Under the pieces are notes generated by a model. That model made no database searches. It saw only the letters and a list, made by a program, of their open reading frames with translations, and was not told the origin of the DNA. DNA of 32,000 nucleotides from Nitratidesulfovibrio vulgaris str. Hildenborough. GTDB taxonomy: Bacteria; Desulfobacterota; Desulfovibrionia; Desulfovibrionales; Desulfovibrionaceae. Of the stretch, positions 9,173 through 16,452 are shown in pieces. Within the stretch, counting starts at the first letter, position 1; each line of letters opens with the position of its first letter. The translations under genes and the position numbers were made by a program. Location of the stretch: contig NC_002937.3 in NCBI RefSeq assembly GCF_000195755.1, positions 30,001 to 62,000 of the forward strand, written 5' to 3'.

Positions 9173-9497
9173 CGAACAAATCATCCTGTGCATCGCGGGC
9201 ATGGCCACCGTGACCTATCTGCCCCGCGTACTGCCCATGGCCCTTCTGGCGTCGCGCCCGCTCAACCCCGCACTGGCGCGATGGCTAGGGTTCGTGCCTG
9301 CATCCGTGCTGGCGGCATTGCTGGCCCCCGACCTTCTGCTGCGTGACGGTGCGCTGCATGTGGCCGCTGACAACCTCTACCTGCTGGCCGCCGTGCCCAC
9401 GCTGCTGGTGATGCGGTTCACGGGCAGCTTCTTCGGGACCGTTGCCGCAGGCATGGCGACAGTGGCGGTCGGGCGTCTGTTCTTCGGTCTGCCATGA
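9162..9497 (+). CDS. azlD: AzlD family small membrane protein
   Basis: ATG at 9162 after GGGAGGGG. It overlaps the azlC end by 11 nt. The protein is 111 aa with about 4 hydrophobic helices, in the classic azlCD pairing. Confidence 0.8.
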   Translation: MLTDEQIILCIAGMATVTYLPRVLPMALLASRPLNPALARWLGFVPASVLAALLAPDLLLRDGALHVAADNLYLLAAVPTLLVMRFTGSFFGTVAAGMATVAVGRLFFGLP

Positions 9498-9763
9498 CCC
9501 TGTGAATGCCCTGGGCTTCGGCGGGTGGCCTTGCGGGCGGTGCTGTGGCATGTTGCATCTGAACAGGCCACACGAAGAGGCCACGTCGCCGTCTGCGTGC
9601 CATGGTATGTGCATTCCGCTGCGGCGGGTGAGGAGTCCCCTTTCGTCGGATGGCGCAGGGACACCCCGTGTCGCGTCGGCCATGGCCCGTGCGACGCCAT
9701 ATGGCCCTTTGCCCATGCGCTGCCGTTGCGGCTTCGCACATCCCACACATCACAGGAGGCGGC

Positions 9764-10378
9764 ATGACCAGAAACCGTACCGTAGCCCTTGCCATCATCG
9801 ACATGCAGAACGACTTCGTCCTTCCCGGTGCCCCCGCCTGCGTGGAGGGGGCCATGGGCACAGTGCCCGTCATCGCCGGTCTGCTGGCAAAGGCGCGTGC
9901 CGAGGGCTGGATGGTGCTGCATGTGGTGCGCGCCCATCGTGCCGACGGTAGCGACGCCGAGAAGAGTCGTGAGCATCTCTTTCTGGAGGGCGGGGGGCTA
10001 TGCGTCGCGGGCACGCCCGGTGCGGAGATTGTCGCGGGTCTTGAACCTGCCTCCGGCGAGACGGTGCTGGTGAAGACCCGCTTCAGCGCCTTCATGGGTA
10101 CGGAATGCGACATGCTGCTGCGCCGTCGCGGGGTCGATACCCTGCTGGTGTCGGGGACCCAGTATCCCAATTGCATCAGGGGGACGGCCGTGGACGCCTT
10201 CGCCCTCGACTATGATGTCGTCGTGGTCACCGATGCCTGTTCCGCCCGGACGCCCGGCGTGGCGGAGTCCAACATCAACGACATGCGCGCCATGGGCATC
10301 ACCTGTGTGCCGCTGACTGCGCTGGATGATGTGCTGGCCCGTCGTCCTGTGCCTTCCGGCCCGCCCCCACGCTGCTGA
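9764..10378 (+). CDS. Isochorismatase-family cysteine hydrolase
   Basis: ATG at 9764 after AGGAGG; 204 aa. The catalytic triad contexts are IIDMQNDF (Asp), VKTRFSAF (Lys) and YPNCIRGT (Cys). Confidence 0.85.
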   Translation: MTRNRTVALAIIDMQNDFVLPGAPACVEGAMGTVPVIAGLLAKARAEGWMVLHVVRAHRADGSDAEKSREHLFLEGGGLCVAGTPGAEIVAGLEPASGETVLVKTRFSAFMGTECDMLLRRRGVDTLLVSGTQYPNCIRGTAVDAFALDYDVVVVTDACSARTPGVAESNINDMRAMGITCVPLTALDDVLARRPVPSGPPPRC

Positions 10379-10525
10379 TGCGCATGGGGAGGGGACCGGG
10401 TGGGGTGCCCCTCTGCCGTCCTGCACGTGCCAACGGCGTGACAGATGGCGTCAGCGCCTGTTCCGCCGCTTGCTTCGGAGTGGCTGCGCCTGTACAGAGA
10501 CAGGACGAAGCCAAGTGGAGGTTCC

Positions 10526-11311
10526 ATGTTCAAGAGACTGCTAGCCACCCTGCTTATCGTGCTGACTCTTGTCCCCGTGGCAGGGGCCGCCGACAATCGC
10601 GATGAACTGAAAGAGACCCTGCGCACCCTGTTGCGTGACAATCCCGACCTCGTTCTGGAAGTGTTGCGCGAACACAGTGAGACGGTGCTGGAGATTGCCC
10701 AGCAGGGCGCCAACCAGCGTAGACGCAAGGTGCTGGTCGCCCAGTGGAAGACCGACCTCGAAGACCCCAAGAAGGTCAATCTCGCCGACAGGCCCGTGCG
10801 TGGCGAGGCCAACGCCCCGGTGACCGTGGTCGCCTACTCGGACTTCACCTGCCCCTACTGCCAGCAGGCCGCAGGCACGGTGGAGATGCTGCTTGCCAAC
10901 TACAAGGGCAAGGTGCGCTACGTCTTCAAGCAGATGCCGCTTGAGACGCACGAGAACGCCCGCACCGCCAGCAACTACTACGTGGCCGCCTCGCTTCAGG
11001 ACCCTGCCAAGGCGTGGAAGCTGTACGAGGCCGTCTTCGCCGACCGCGACCGTCTTGTGACCGAGGGTGAACCCTTCCTCAAGAAGGTCGCACAGGAGGC
11101 GGGGCTGGACATGCAGCGCCTTGCCACCGACATCAAGGGCCGCAAGGTCAAGGCGCTCATCGAGGAGGACATGGCCGAGGCGCGCAAGCTGGGCGTGCAG
11201 GGCACTCCGTACTTCCTCGTCAACGACCTCGTGGTGCGTGGCGCATTGCCCCTCGACCTGTTCTCCGATGCCGTGGACATGGCACTGGAGAAGGCGGGGG
11301 CCAAGAAATAG
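10526..11311 (+). CDS. Secreted DsbA-family thiol:disulfide oxidoreductase
   Basis: ATG at 10526 after GGAGG. The signal peptide is MFKRLLATLLIVLTLVPVAGAAD. The thioredoxin fold has the CPYC active site and a GTPYF cis-Pro loop. 261 aa. Confidence 0.85.
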   Translation: MFKRLLATLLIVLTLVPVAGAADNRDELKETLRTLLRDNPDLVLEVLREHSETVLEIAQQGANQRRRKVLVAQWKTDLEDPKKVNLADRPVRGEANAPVTVVAYSDFTCPYCQQAAGTVEMLLANYKGKVRYVFKQMPLETHENARTASNYYVAASLQDPAKAWKLYEAVFADRDRLVTEGEPFLKKVAQEAGLDMQRLATDIKGRKVKALIEEDMAEARKLGVQGTPYFLVNDLVVRGALPLDLFSDAVDMALEKAGAKK

Positions 11312-11358
11312 CGGACGTGCCCGCAGCCAGCCACTATCCAGAATAATCGCAAGAAGAG

Positions 11359-11395
11359 AAGGCCGCCCTGTTCCTCGGGGCGGCCTTTGCGTTGT
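11359..11395 (+). terminator. Intrinsic terminator after the dsbA-like gene
   Basis: AAGGCCGCCC-TGTTCCTC-GGGGCGGCCTT followed by TGCGTTG. Confidence 0.75.
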
Positions 11396-11664
11396 GGAGA
11401 AGGGGGGTCGCGGGTGTGAAGGACAGTCGGGCAGAGTGAGCCATGGCTGTCCTGCCGGGGCTTATGCGTGTCTCGTCAGGTGCGGAAGGGAAGAGGTGAC
11501 AGACCCCCGACGGACTGGGTGAAGCCTGTGACCGGGCGAGACCGTAAGGATGAGAGGGCATTGTACAGTATGCCGGGCATGACTGGGCAAGCGGGGTGTC
11601 ATGGCCCCGGTGCCGTCAGGTGCAGCCCGTTGCATTCCGGTGACGGGGTGCCTCCAGCAAACCG

Positions 11665-11695
11665 AAGGCCGTCCCGAAACCGGAACGGCCTTTTC
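11665..11695. terminator. Hairpin terminator adjacent to the small membrane ORF (also reads as a plus-strand terminator)
   Basis: AAGGCCGT-12 nt-ACGGCCTT. On the plus strand it is followed by TTCATG, giving a TTTT run. On the minus strand it starts 8 nt after the stop at 11700 and is followed by CGGTTTG. Confidence 0.55.
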
Positions 11696-11699
11696 ATGT

Positions 11700-11873
11700 C
11701 TACTTCCCGGAAGGGCGTTTGCGGCGCCTGCTTTCGAGTGTGATGCCTGCGAAGAAGCCGCCCACCATGCCTACGCCGAAGGCGCGGGGGATACTGTCGC
11801 TGAAGCCGAGAAGCGCGGCGATGACCCCGACGGAACCGCCGATGAGGATGCCGCGAACGATGTAGCTGTCCAT
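11700..11873 (-). CDS. Small glycine-zipper-like membrane protein (57 aa, absent from the ORF track)
   Basis: My own reverse-strand translation gives MDSYIVRGILIGGSVGVIAALLGFSDSIPRAFGVGMVGGFFAGITLESRRRKRPSGK. The ATG at 11871-11873 is 5 nt after AGGAG. Codons are strongly C-ending. There are two hydrophobic G-rich segments and a basic tail. It has its own promoter-like and terminator-like signals. Confidence 0.7.
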   Translation of the reverse strand: MDSYIVRGILIGGSVGVIAALLGFSDSIPRAFGVGMVGGFFAGITLESRRRKRPSGK

Positions 11874-11898
11874 GTGTGCTCCTGTGGTGGGTTGCGGT

Positions 11899-11928
11899 AT
11901 GCTACGCCGGGAAAAGGCCGTGCGTCAA
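11899..11928 (-). promoter_or_regulatory. Candidate sigma70 promoter for the 57-aa ORF
   Basis: On the minus strand: TTGACG (11928-11923), an 18-nt spacer, then TAGCAT (11904-11899). This is about 25 nt upstream of the ATG. Confidence 0.45.
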
Positions 11929-12030
11929 CGTGCGTGGCGCTCTCGCCCTGTTGCGCCCTGTCACGCCGGGACGAGCCGCCTTCGTCCGTGGGCCTCCGGT
12001 GGGTCAAGCCCACCGCAGCGCCTTGGGCTG

Positions 12031-12059
12031 ATAACACGAAACCCCGGCGGGGCCGGGGT
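12031..12059 (-). terminator. Intrinsic terminator on the minus strand, downstream of the ZraP-like gene
   Basis: The minus strand reads ACCCCGG-CCCCG-CCGGGGT followed by TTCGTGTTAT. Confidence 0.6.
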
Positions 12060-12286
12060 CTCATGTGAAGGAGGATCGGTCAGGTAAGGGGTTCGGTAAG
12101 TGGACGGCGGGTGGGCTGTCCCGCCGTCCGGGTTCATCAGCAAGGGGAGGAGGGTCGTCGTTGTCTCAATCTATCGTATCGCGGCTGTGCCGCGCTTCGT
12201 CTGCTTTCGGGGGCCACGGGCCCCCGGGAGTCGCCTTCGGGACGGGAGGAGGTCCGCCCTTGGGTCATGCGTCCAGTCTCAGTATC

Positions 12287-12742
12287 TCATCGGCTGCCGG
12301 GACAGTCGCCATCGTCTCCGCAACCGCTTCCGTGGAGTCCGACACCCGCACCTGACATCTGGAAGGGAAGCCTGATGCCGGTCTCTGTCGCAAGGTGCAT
12401 GCGGAACGCCACACGTTCCCTGATGATGCTCCCCTGCGACTCGATGAGTTCGCGGGTCTTCTGTTCCACCGCCTCGGGAGTGGCGGCGGTATCCGTCAGG
12501 ACGGCATCCAGCGCTTCGCGTGCGTCCTTCTCCTGTTCCACGAGTTTGTGGATGGTGACGCTATACTGGTTGAACAGCTTCTGCGCTGCCGCCTGTCTGT
12601 CTCCGGGAAGTTCCGCAACCATCTGTTGCAGCGATTTGCCGGTGCACGCTGTCGCGTTCTGTGCCGCAGGCTTCGCATGGCCCACCGCGGCGGGCAGGGT
12701 CAGCAGGGCTGTGCAGATGAGCGTGGCTGCGAATCGGTGCAT
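12287..12742 (-). CDS. Periplasmic Spy/CpxP/ZraP-family protein (ZraP-like)
   Basis: ATG at 12740-12742, 8 nt after GGAGA. The signal peptide is MHRFAATLICTALLTLPAAVGHA. The body is helical with an LTxxQ-like SLQQM motif. The Gly/Cys-rich tail SGAGVGLHGSGCGDDGDC resembles the GAGMGMGYGGCGG tail of E. coli ZraP. Confidence 0.75.
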   Translation of the reverse strand: MHRFAATLICTALLTLPAAVGHAKPAAQNATACTGKSLQQMVAELPGDRQAAAQKLFNQYSVTIHKLVEQEKDAREALDAVLTDTAATPEAVEQKTRELIESQGSIIRERVAFRMHLATETGIRLPFQMSGAGVGLHGSGCGDDGDCPGSR

Positions 12743-12783
12743 CGTGCGGGTCTCCGGGTCTCTCACGTTTGTTGAAAGAGTAT

Positions 12784-12800
12784 AAGCAGATAGCGTGCCA
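12784..12800 (-). promoter_or_regulatory. Sigma54 (-24/-12) promoter of the ZraP-like gene
   Basis: The minus strand reads TGGCACGCTATCTGCTT, with exact GG-N10-GC spacing and a near-consensus TGGCACG-N4-(C)TGCT. It lies about 40-55 nt upstream of the ATG at 12742. Confidence 0.7.
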
Positions 12801-12861
12801 CAATTTGAATATCTGCAATTTCAGCGTGTTGCAGCGATTTGTGGCGTGAGGCTGTGCCATG

Positions 12862-12904
12862 TGCAAAGCCGTTTGTGCATGGTGATGCACAAACGGCCTT
12901 TGCA
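12862..12904. promoter_or_regulatory. Large palindrome: candidate enhancer (UAS) and/or terminator of the upstream gene
   Basis: Perfect palindrome GCCGTTTGTGCAT-N4-ATGCACAAACGGC at 12868-12897, extendable to about 20-bp arms (12862-12904). Additional TGTGCA/TGCACA half-sites lie at 12859-12866, 12900-12906 and 12908-12914. Confidence 0.55.
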
Positions 12905-12923
12905 CAATTGCACAAGAAGGGGG

Positions 12924-13340
12924 TCAGAGCGAATCGTCGGGCCGGACGCTGATGCCCGCCGCACGGAGGGCTTTGGCAAAGACGCCGTCTCCCGGGACGA
13001 GTCGACCGGAGAATGTGCCATCGTAGATGTGACCGCAGCCGCACGAGGGCGAGCGGGCCTTGAGGATGGCCTCGGTGCAGCCCGCCATGACGGCAAGGCG
13101 CACCCCTTCGACGACACCCCGTTCGAAGGCCTCCGTGACGTCCTCGCCATCTATGGTGACGACCTGCCCCTCACGAATCTCACACGGCGGGCGCGGCGTG
13201 GGAAGTCCGCCCAGTTGTTCGGGACATACGGGCAGCGCAAGCCCTTGCCTGACCAGTTCGATGACCTGTTCCCGCGGGGTGTGCCCGCCGTCGAAGCGGC
13301 ATGAGACACCCGCAAGACAGGCACTGACGACGTAAAGCAT
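12924..13340 (-). CDS. DUF523 family protein (TudS-like, putative thiouracil desulfidase)
   Basis: ATG at 13338-13340 after AGGAGAGG; 138 aa. It has the conserved cysteines SACLAGVSCRFDGG and SPSCGCG typical of DUF523. The longer 279-aa ORF-track version overlaps the upstream gene and has no SD. Confidence 0.8.
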   Translation of the reverse strand: MLYVVSACLAGVSCRFDGGHTPREQVIELVRQGLALPVCPEQLGGLPTPRPPCEIREGQVVTIDGEDVTEAFERGVVEGVRLAVMAGCTEAILKARSPSCGCGHIYDGTFSGRLVPGDGVFAKALRAAGISVRPDDSL

Positions 13341-13677
13341 GGTGACCTCTCCTGCATGATGCGTCATCCCAGAGTCCCCCGTGGACGCCGTGAAGTCAAC
13401 CATGTGCACAGCATGGCGCATGTCCATGGCGTCTTCGCCCGCTGGCCTCCGGCGCAGGATATGGTGGATGCGATGCCTGTGCGGGATGTTTGAGAGGCCC
13501 GGGGGGCGTTGCGGTGCAGCATGCGCCGTTGCGAGGGGGGAGGCCTGTTCCGTCACGGGGGCTCCTTCACCCCATAACCGGTTCATGTCTCGGCCTCTGC
13601 ACAGGATGCGGGCCATGTTGAGCGTCCAGGCCGTGAAGCCCGGACCACGCGGTGAAGCGTTCTCGCCGTGCATGCTG

Positions 13678-15528
13678 TCACCCGGTGCGTCGTGCTGCGG
13701 CGTCGGCCCGTTGCTTGGATGCCTCGAAGGACGCGAGCCCCTCCTCACCCATGTAGCGCGCAAGCATGCGGCGCGGGGTGGAGGCGAGGTCGATGGACAG
13801 GAAGGCGTCCAGCGACCCGAAGGCCCGGTCGCAGTGGAACGTGGCGATTCTGCCGCCCAGTCTGAGGTAGTGCTTGAAGAGGATGGGAACGCCAGGGCCG
13901 CCTTCCATGTCGCGCACCAGCGAGCAAAGCCCGTTGTAGTCGAGGCCCTCTGTACGGGGCGGCGTGGTCGCCCCCGGCTGGCGCAGGCGCGGGGCGACGC
14001 GGCCCTTCACCAGCGGGGAACACACAGGGCAGCGGCTGTGGCGCAGCATCCAGTCGATGATGGCCTGTAACGAGTACGGCGAATAGCCGAGACTCACACT
14101 CACCGGGCCGAACATGCGCCGGACACCGGGGCGACGCAGGACGCACCGCGCCAGCCCTTTCCAGAGCAGGAGCAGGGGGGCGTAGTCGCGCTGGTAGTCG
14201 GCATGGACGAAGGCCCGTCCCAGTTCAAGGGCACTGCCGGGCAGGGCGAAGAAGCCCGGCCTGAAGCGGAAGAGCGTCGAACTGTACAGCCCCTTCACCC
14301 CCTGTGCCGCGAGGATGCGGTCGACCTCGCCGAAGCGGTATGCCCCGGCGATACGTCCATCGCCCTCGTGCCAGAGGATGAGGTGCCGGTAGGTGGCGTC
14401 GAACGGGTCGAGGTCGAGTGCCTTGCCTGAACCTTCGCCCACGGCACGGAAGGTCTCTTCGCGCAGTCGTCCGATTTCGTGCAGCAGGTCGGGGGCTGCG
14501 GCTGCGTCGGTCTCCAGTAGCGAATAGCCGCCCTCCGAAAGTAGAAAGGCAGGGCTTTCGCACAGTGCATGTACGGCGTCCCTGATGAGGGACGGGGCGC
14601 GCGGCGTCGCCACGGGTTGTACAGAACGCGGGCGGGGCCGGGGAAAGAGCGGGAGCACCTTGCGTGGGGCCGGGGCCAGCCCGTAGCAGCGCATCCGCAG
14701 GTGGCGGGTGCGTTCCTCGTCACCGGGGAGGTCGCGCATGGTGGCGGAGGGGATGACGCGGCCCACGGTGCAGGTGACGACAGAGTCGCGTTTCTTGAGC
14801 AGTTCTTTGGGCAGCAGCGCGGTGCGTGCGGCAGGGTGCAGCAGGCCGGCAAGGTTGAAGAACAGGCTGTTGCGTCCATGAAAATGCACCGGCAGGGCAT
14901 CGGCCCCGGTGCGGTGGACGAGACGCCCCACGTTGGGGTGCCAGGCAGGGTCGGTGATGGCACGCCGCGAGGGTTGCAGGTGCGAGACCGTGCCGGAGGG
15001 GAACACCGCCAGCGCCCCGCCGGCCTCCACATGGCGCATGGCCTCGCGCAGGGCCGCGACATTGCGTCTGGCCGCGTCCTTGCCGCCGAAGGGGTCTACG
15101 CTGATGCACAGGCCGCGCATCTCTGGCACGGCAGAGAGCATGTAGTTGGCCAGAAAGCGCAGGTCGGGTCGAACCGGAAGCAGGGCGTGGGCAAGCAGAA
15201 GACCTTCGAGCGCACCGAAGGGGTGGTTGGCGACAACCACCAGCGGGCCGCTGGCGGGAATGCCCTCGCGTCCGGCCCCCTCCATCTGCAGGGAGACTCC
15301 GAGCGCTTCGAGGGCCAGCCCCGCGAAGTGTGCCGGGGCCTCATGGCGCGGGAGCGAGTCGTAGAGGACGGCAAGACGGTTGAGGCCCAGCAGTGACAGC
15401 AGGGGGCCGCGCAGGGCACCCGGCAGGCGCTGTGCGGCCTGTGGCAGAAAGGTGGGGGCGGGGCGGATGGCGGCGTGGGTGCCTGTATGAGTGACGGAAT
15501 CGGCGGCGGGCATGTCGGCCTGAAGCAT
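13678..15528 (-). CDS. Two-domain acyltransferase: N-terminal PlsC/LPLAT-like plus C-terminal GNAT N-acyltransferase (OlsF-like aminolipid synthase)
   Basis: ATG at 15526-15528, 6 nt after AAGGAG; 616 aa. The N-terminal half has VVANHPFGALEG and AVFPSGTVS, which look like acyltransferase blocks I and III. The C-terminal half (EIGRLREETFR...HLILWHE...AGAYRF...ELGRAFV) resembles OlsB/hemolysin-like GNAT N-acyltransferases. Confidence 0.8.
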   Translation of the reverse strand: MLQADMPAADSVTHTGTHAAIRPAPTFLPQAAQRLPGALRGPLLSLLGLNRLAVLYDSLPRHEAPAHFAGLALEALGVSLQMEGAGREGIPASGPLVVVANHPFGALEGLLLAHALLPVRPDLRFLANYMLSAVPEMRGLCISVDPFGGKDAARRNVAALREAMRHVEAGGALAVFPSGTVSHLQPSRRAITDPAWHPNVGRLVHRTGADALPVHFHGRNSLFFNLAGLLHPAARTALLPKELLKKRDSVVTCTVGRVIPSATMRDLPGDEERTRHLRMRCYGLAPAPRKVLPLFPRPRPRSVQPVATPRAPSLIRDAVHALCESPAFLLSEGGYSLLETDAAAAPDLLHEIGRLREETFRAVGEGSGKALDLDPFDATYRHLILWHEGDGRIAGAYRFGEVDRILAAQGVKGLYSSTLFRFRPGFFALPGSALELGRAFVHADYQRDYAPLLLLWKGLARCVLRRPGVRRMFGPVSVSLGYSPYSLQAIIDWMLRHSRCPVCSPLVKGRVAPRLRQPGATTPPRTEGLDYNGLCSLVRDMEGGPGVPILFKHYLRLGGRIATFHCDRAFGSLDAFLSIDLASTPRRMLARYMGEEGLASFEASKQRADAAARRTG

Positions 15529-15901
15529 GGTGCGCTCCTTGTTGGACGTTACGATGCTGCGTCTACCCGTCTAGGGGGGCTCCATGTACGGATGGTGACC
15601 GGGAGATGAAAGCTGTGTGACGCCCGCGGCGACACGGGAACGTCCGCCATGCGTCACCGGAGCGTCATGCCCCGGCGCGCTGTGCAGGCTATCAGGGGCG
15701 ATGCTCCAGGTCCGGCAGGCGGCGCGTGGTCGTCGCCGCATGGGGCGCAGGGCAGGGCCTGACCGTCCTTCCGTGACGCCAGCCAGTCCGGCAGCCCGAA
15801 GGGGCCTCTGCCTGATGGTGGCTGGTCGCGAGGTCGTCCGGTTGACCGACCTCCGGGCCTTCTGCCGGCATCCACTCTCAGCCACGAATGAGGATACCGC
15901 C

Positions 15902-16270
15902 ATGACAGACCGCCAGCGTAGCGACATCCGTGACCACCTTCAGCGAGAACTCGACTCTTTGCGCCGCGCCGCCATCATGGGCGGCTACGAACCCTGCGCC
16001 GACGAGAACGAGTTCGCCTCGCGCCTTGCCGAGATGGCCCTTTCCGTCACCCTGCTGCACAGGGCGGAGCATCGCATCGGGTTGCTGGAGAACGCCCTGC
16101 GCCGTCTTGAAGCCTACGACTACGGGGTATGCGAAGGGTGCGGCGAAGACATCCCCGTCGCGCGCCTCAAGGCCTCTCCGGCCACGCGCCTGTGCGTGTT
16201 CTGTCAGCAGGAGAGCGAGTGCGCTCCCGTAGCAGCTACAGATGGCGAGAGGTTGACGGGACGGGTCTAG
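15902..16270 (+). CDS. DksA/TraR-family C4 zinc-finger protein
   Basis: ATG at 15902 after GAGGA; 122 aa. A coiled-coil-like N-terminal half is followed by the zinc finger CEGC-x17-CVFC. Confidence 0.85.
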   Translation: MTDRQRSDIRDHLQRELDSLRRAAIMGGYEPCADENEFASRLAEMALSVTLLHRAEHRIGLLENALRRLEAYDYGVCEGCGEDIPVARLKASPATRLCVFCQQESECAPVAATDGERLTGRV

Positions 16271-16452
16271 TGCCGTCTGTCCTTCCTCCATTCGGCCCGA
16301 AAGCGTCTGTGAAGCGTGTCTGTCCTGCGTGGACGACAGGCCCTTGCTGTGCGATGTAGGCCGCGTGTCACCTTGCGGGATTGCGGACAGGGACCGCGCG
16401 CTGTTGCGTGGCTACGCCCCGCGAGTGGTGACCCGTCATGGAGGACGGGATG

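Noticed and set aside
11470-11560. Possible cobalamin riboswitch core (GAAGGGAAGAGGTGACAGACCCCCGACGGACTGG ... ACCGGGCGAGACCG) or SRP-RNA domain IV (GTCAGGTGCGGAAGGGAAGAGG).
   Set aside because: The resemblance is only partial. The GGUG...CC hairpin and the CCCCCGC...ACUGU element would have to share the same nucleotides, and the B12 box is poorly matched. The GGAA loop lacks the conserved closing pairs and the AGCA of SRP RNA. There is no downstream plus-strand gene for a riboswitch to control. An Rfam scan is needed before any such call.
12065-12355. Plus-strand ORF with a strong SD-like GGGGAGGAGG followed by TTG (about 12158), running antisense into the ZraP-like gene.
   Set aside because: The translation is Ser/Gly/Ala low-complexity. 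It overlaps the 3' end of a well-supported gene on the other strand, and the purine-rich stretch is part of the hairpin-dense region. There is not enough evidence for a gene.
12924-13763. The 279-aa version of the DUF523 ORF extending upstream to 13763.
   Set aside because: The extension overlaps the 3' end of the OlsF-like gene, has no SD and no domain. The ATG at 13340 has AGGAGAGG upstream and gives a normal-length DUF523 protein.
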